A DNA stretch of 20,000 nt from Chiloscyllium plagiosum (Eukaryota). Where the stretch lies: contig NC_057718.1 of NCBI RefSeq assembly GCF_004010195.1, positions 74,046,962 to 74,066,961 of the forward strand, in the 5' to 3' direction. This document shows positions 17,485 through 20,000 of this stretch, in pieces (the stretch's first letter is position 1; every line of letters begins with the position of its first letter). The notes beneath the pieces were generated by a model. It saw only the letters and a program-made list of their open reading frames with translations. It ran no database searches and was not told the DNA's origin. The position numbers were made by a program, and so were the translations under genes.

Positions 17485-19758
17485 AATCCCCTCAATAACA
17501 AGTATACTGTTTTGGATACTGTTCTGGGGGACAACGTATCAGGGATACAGGTCTCTGGCACAGAGTCTGTCCCTGTTGCTCAAAAGGAAAGGGGAGAGAG
17601 GAGGAGAGCATTAGTCATTGGGGACTCCATAGTTAGGGGAACAGATAGAATCTCCTATCGGAATGAGAGAGATTTGTGATTGGTGTGTTGCCTCCCAGGT
17701 GCAAAGGTCCGTGATGTCTCGGGTCGTGTTTTGGGCCCCTTAAGGGGGACAGGGAGTAGCCCCAAGTTGCGGTCCACATAGGCACCAACAACATAGATAA
17801 GAAAAGGCATGGGGATGTAATAGAAAAATTCAGGGAGCTAGCTGGAAGCTTAGAGCTAGAGCAAACAGTTGTTATCTCTGGTTTGTTACTCATGCGACAT
17901 GCTAGTGAAGCGAGGAATAGGGAGAGAGAGCAGTTGAACACATGGCTACAGCGATGGTGCAGGAGGGAGGAATTCAGATACCTGGATAATTGGGGCTCAT
18001 TCTTGTGTAGATGGAACCTCTACAAACAGGATGGTCTACACCTGAGCCAGAGGGCTATCAATATCCGAGGTAGTGGGGGCCGGGGGGAGATTTGCTAATG
18101 CTCTTTGGGAGAATTTAAACTAGTTCAGCAGGGATATGGGAATCTAAACTGTAGTTCCAGTGTCCCGGAGATTGAGAGTAGTGAGGTCATGAATAAGGTT
18201 TCAAGGTCAAGCAAGTAGGAATGTTGTTTGAAGTGTATCTACTTCAATGGCAGGAGCATCTGGGATAAGGTGGGTGAACTTGCAGCATGGGTTGGTACCT
18301 GGGACTTCGATGTTGTGGCCATTTCGGAGACATGGGTAGAGCTGGAATGATTGTTGCAGGTTCCAGGGTTTAGATGTTTCAGTAAGAACAGGGAGGTTGG
18401 TAAAAGAGGGGGAGGTGTGGGGAGCATTGTTAGTCAAGGACAGTGTTATGGTGGCAGAAAGGACGTTTGATGAGGACTCGTCTACTGAGGTAGTATGGGC
18501 TGAGGTTAGAAACAGGAAAGGAGAGGTTAACCTGTTGGGAGTTTTCTATAGACCTCTGAAAAGTTCCAGAGATGTAGAGGAAAGGATAGCAAAGATGATT
18601 CTCAATAGGAGTGCAAGTAGCGGTAGCTGTTAACTTTTCTAATATTGACTGGAAATGCTATAGTTCGAGTATCTTAGATGGGTCAGTTTTTGTCCAATGT
18701 GTGCAGGAGGGTTTCCTGGCACAGTATGTAAATAGGCCAACAAGGGGCCAACACACTGAATTTGGTACTGGCTAATGAATAGGGCCAGGTGTTAGATTTG
18801 GAGGTAGGTGAGTACTTTGGTGATAGTGACCACAATTCAGTTATGTAGGTAGGAGTTGTAGGTGGGGGAAAGGCAATTATGATGTGATTAGGCAAAATTT
18901 AGGATGCATAGGATGGGAAAGGAAACTGCAGGGGATGGGCACAATAGAAATGTGGAGCTTGTGCAAGCAACAGATACTGCGTGTCCTTGATAAGTACGTA
19001 ACTGTCAGGCACGGAGAATGTGGTCAAGCGATGGAACCGTGGTTTACTGAAGAAGTTGAATCTCTTGTAAAAAGGAAGAAGGAGGCTTAGTAAAGATGAG
19101 ACATGAAGGCTCAGTTAGGGCGCTTCAGTGTTACAAGTTATCCAGCTGGAGTTGTGGATAGTGCAGAAGGATGTTGTAGGTTACAGAGGGACATAGATAA
19201 GCTGCAGAGCTGGGCTGGGAGGTGGAAAATGGAGTTTAATGTGGAAAAGTGTGAGGTGATTCACTTTGGAAGGAGTAACAGGAATGCAGAGTACTGGGTT
19301 AATGGTAAGATTCTTAGTAGTGTGAATGATCAGAGAGAACTCTGTGTCCATGTGTACAGATCCCTGAAAGTTGCCATCCAGATTGATAGAGTTGTTAAGA
19401 AGGCATATAGTGTGTTAGCTTTTATTGTTCAAGGGATTGACTTTCTGAGCCATGTGAGCATATTGCAGCTGTACAAAACTCTGGTGCGGATGCACTTGGA
19501 GTATTGCATAGAGTTCTGGTCGCTGCTTTATAAGAGAGACGTGAATACATTGGAAAGGATGCAGAGGAGATTTAATAGGATGTTGCCAGGTATAGAGGGA
19601 AGGTCTTATGAGGAAAGGCTGAGGCCTTGATGTTTTCGTTGGAAAGGAGATTAAGAGGTGACTTAATTGAGACATACAAGATAATCAGAGAGTTAGATAG
19701 GATGGACAGTGAGAGCTTTTTTACTCGGATGGTGATGGCTAGCACGAGGAGACATAGC
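17485..19758 (+). mobile_element. CR1 LINE with ORF1 esterase (SGNH) domain and an internally deleted ORF2
   Basis: ORF1 motifs: IPLNNKYTVLDTV, ALVIGDSIVRG (17608-17640), CLPGAKVRDV, VHIGTNNI, DNWGSF, DGLHLS. ORF2 endonuclease motifs: LKCIYFNGRSI, DVVAISETW, GVFYRP, GDSDHN. At about 19146 the sequence jumps to the post-catalytic RT region (GVVDSAEGC...LQRDID...FNVEKCEVIHFG...HLEYCIEFWS). Confidence 0.93.
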
Positions 19759-20000
19759 TTTTTTTTTATAGATATTTTTATTAGAGATTTAACATTTTTA
19801 CAAGTTTACAAAAATAAACAAAACTCTCAAATACAAACATTGAGATACAATTAAATCAAATATACAATAGCCAAAATTTAACAAAAGGAAAAAATACCGA
19901 AAAAGAAAAAAAAACAAAACTCAACTGTCGACTAATCTAACCTACAACTAACCAGAGTGTACATTTAAGTTTCTTACATGCTCGGAATGTGTTAACATCA
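19759..20000 (-). mobile_element. 3' end of a poly(A)-tailed LINE (L1/Tx1-like) inserted into the CR1
   Basis: CR1 similarity stops at gacatagc. A T9 run follows (poly(A) on the minus strand), with a minus-strand AATAAA at 19777-19782 and a 3' UTR that is T-rich on the minus strand. Confidence 0.65.

Noticed and set aside
1..20000. Prokaryotic systems (CRISPR arrays, operons, retrons, defence islands)
   Set aside because: The sequence is spliced vertebrate DNA. There are no regularly spaced repeats, and all RT-like ORFs belong to eukaryotic retroelements.

Overview
Vertebrate genomic DNA, most likely from a shark or other cartilaginous fish (inferred from the repeat types, not checked by search). 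The window lies inside the sorting nexin 14 gene (SNX14, + strand) and holds four internal coding exons (5647-5747, 11144-11255, 12909-12949, 15860-15979). These splice in frame to give the end of the PX domain and the following region. The introns are dense with retroelements. Bases 1-4419 are a decayed endogenous retrovirus antisense to SNX14, with a 5' LTR, a tRNA-Arg PBS, gag, and pro-pol running off the left edge. It combines foamy-like Pol motifs with an MHR-like segment, a zinc knuckle and a degenerate first RNase H, which suggests a deep-branching (lokiretrovirus-like or foamy-related) lineage. Also present are several CR1 fragments, a Rex1/Babar RT fragment, an L2 fragment and a nested LTR-like/CR1/poly(A)-LINE cluster at the right end. 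An RTE element is flanked by a ~205-bp direct duplication. A short Penelope-type repeat carries a near-intact minimal hammerhead ribozyme fold, and two more decayed relatives occur further along. Exon, LTR, PBS and duplication boundaries were read base by base. Boundaries of decayed repeats are approximate, and family assignments come from recognised motifs rather than database searches.
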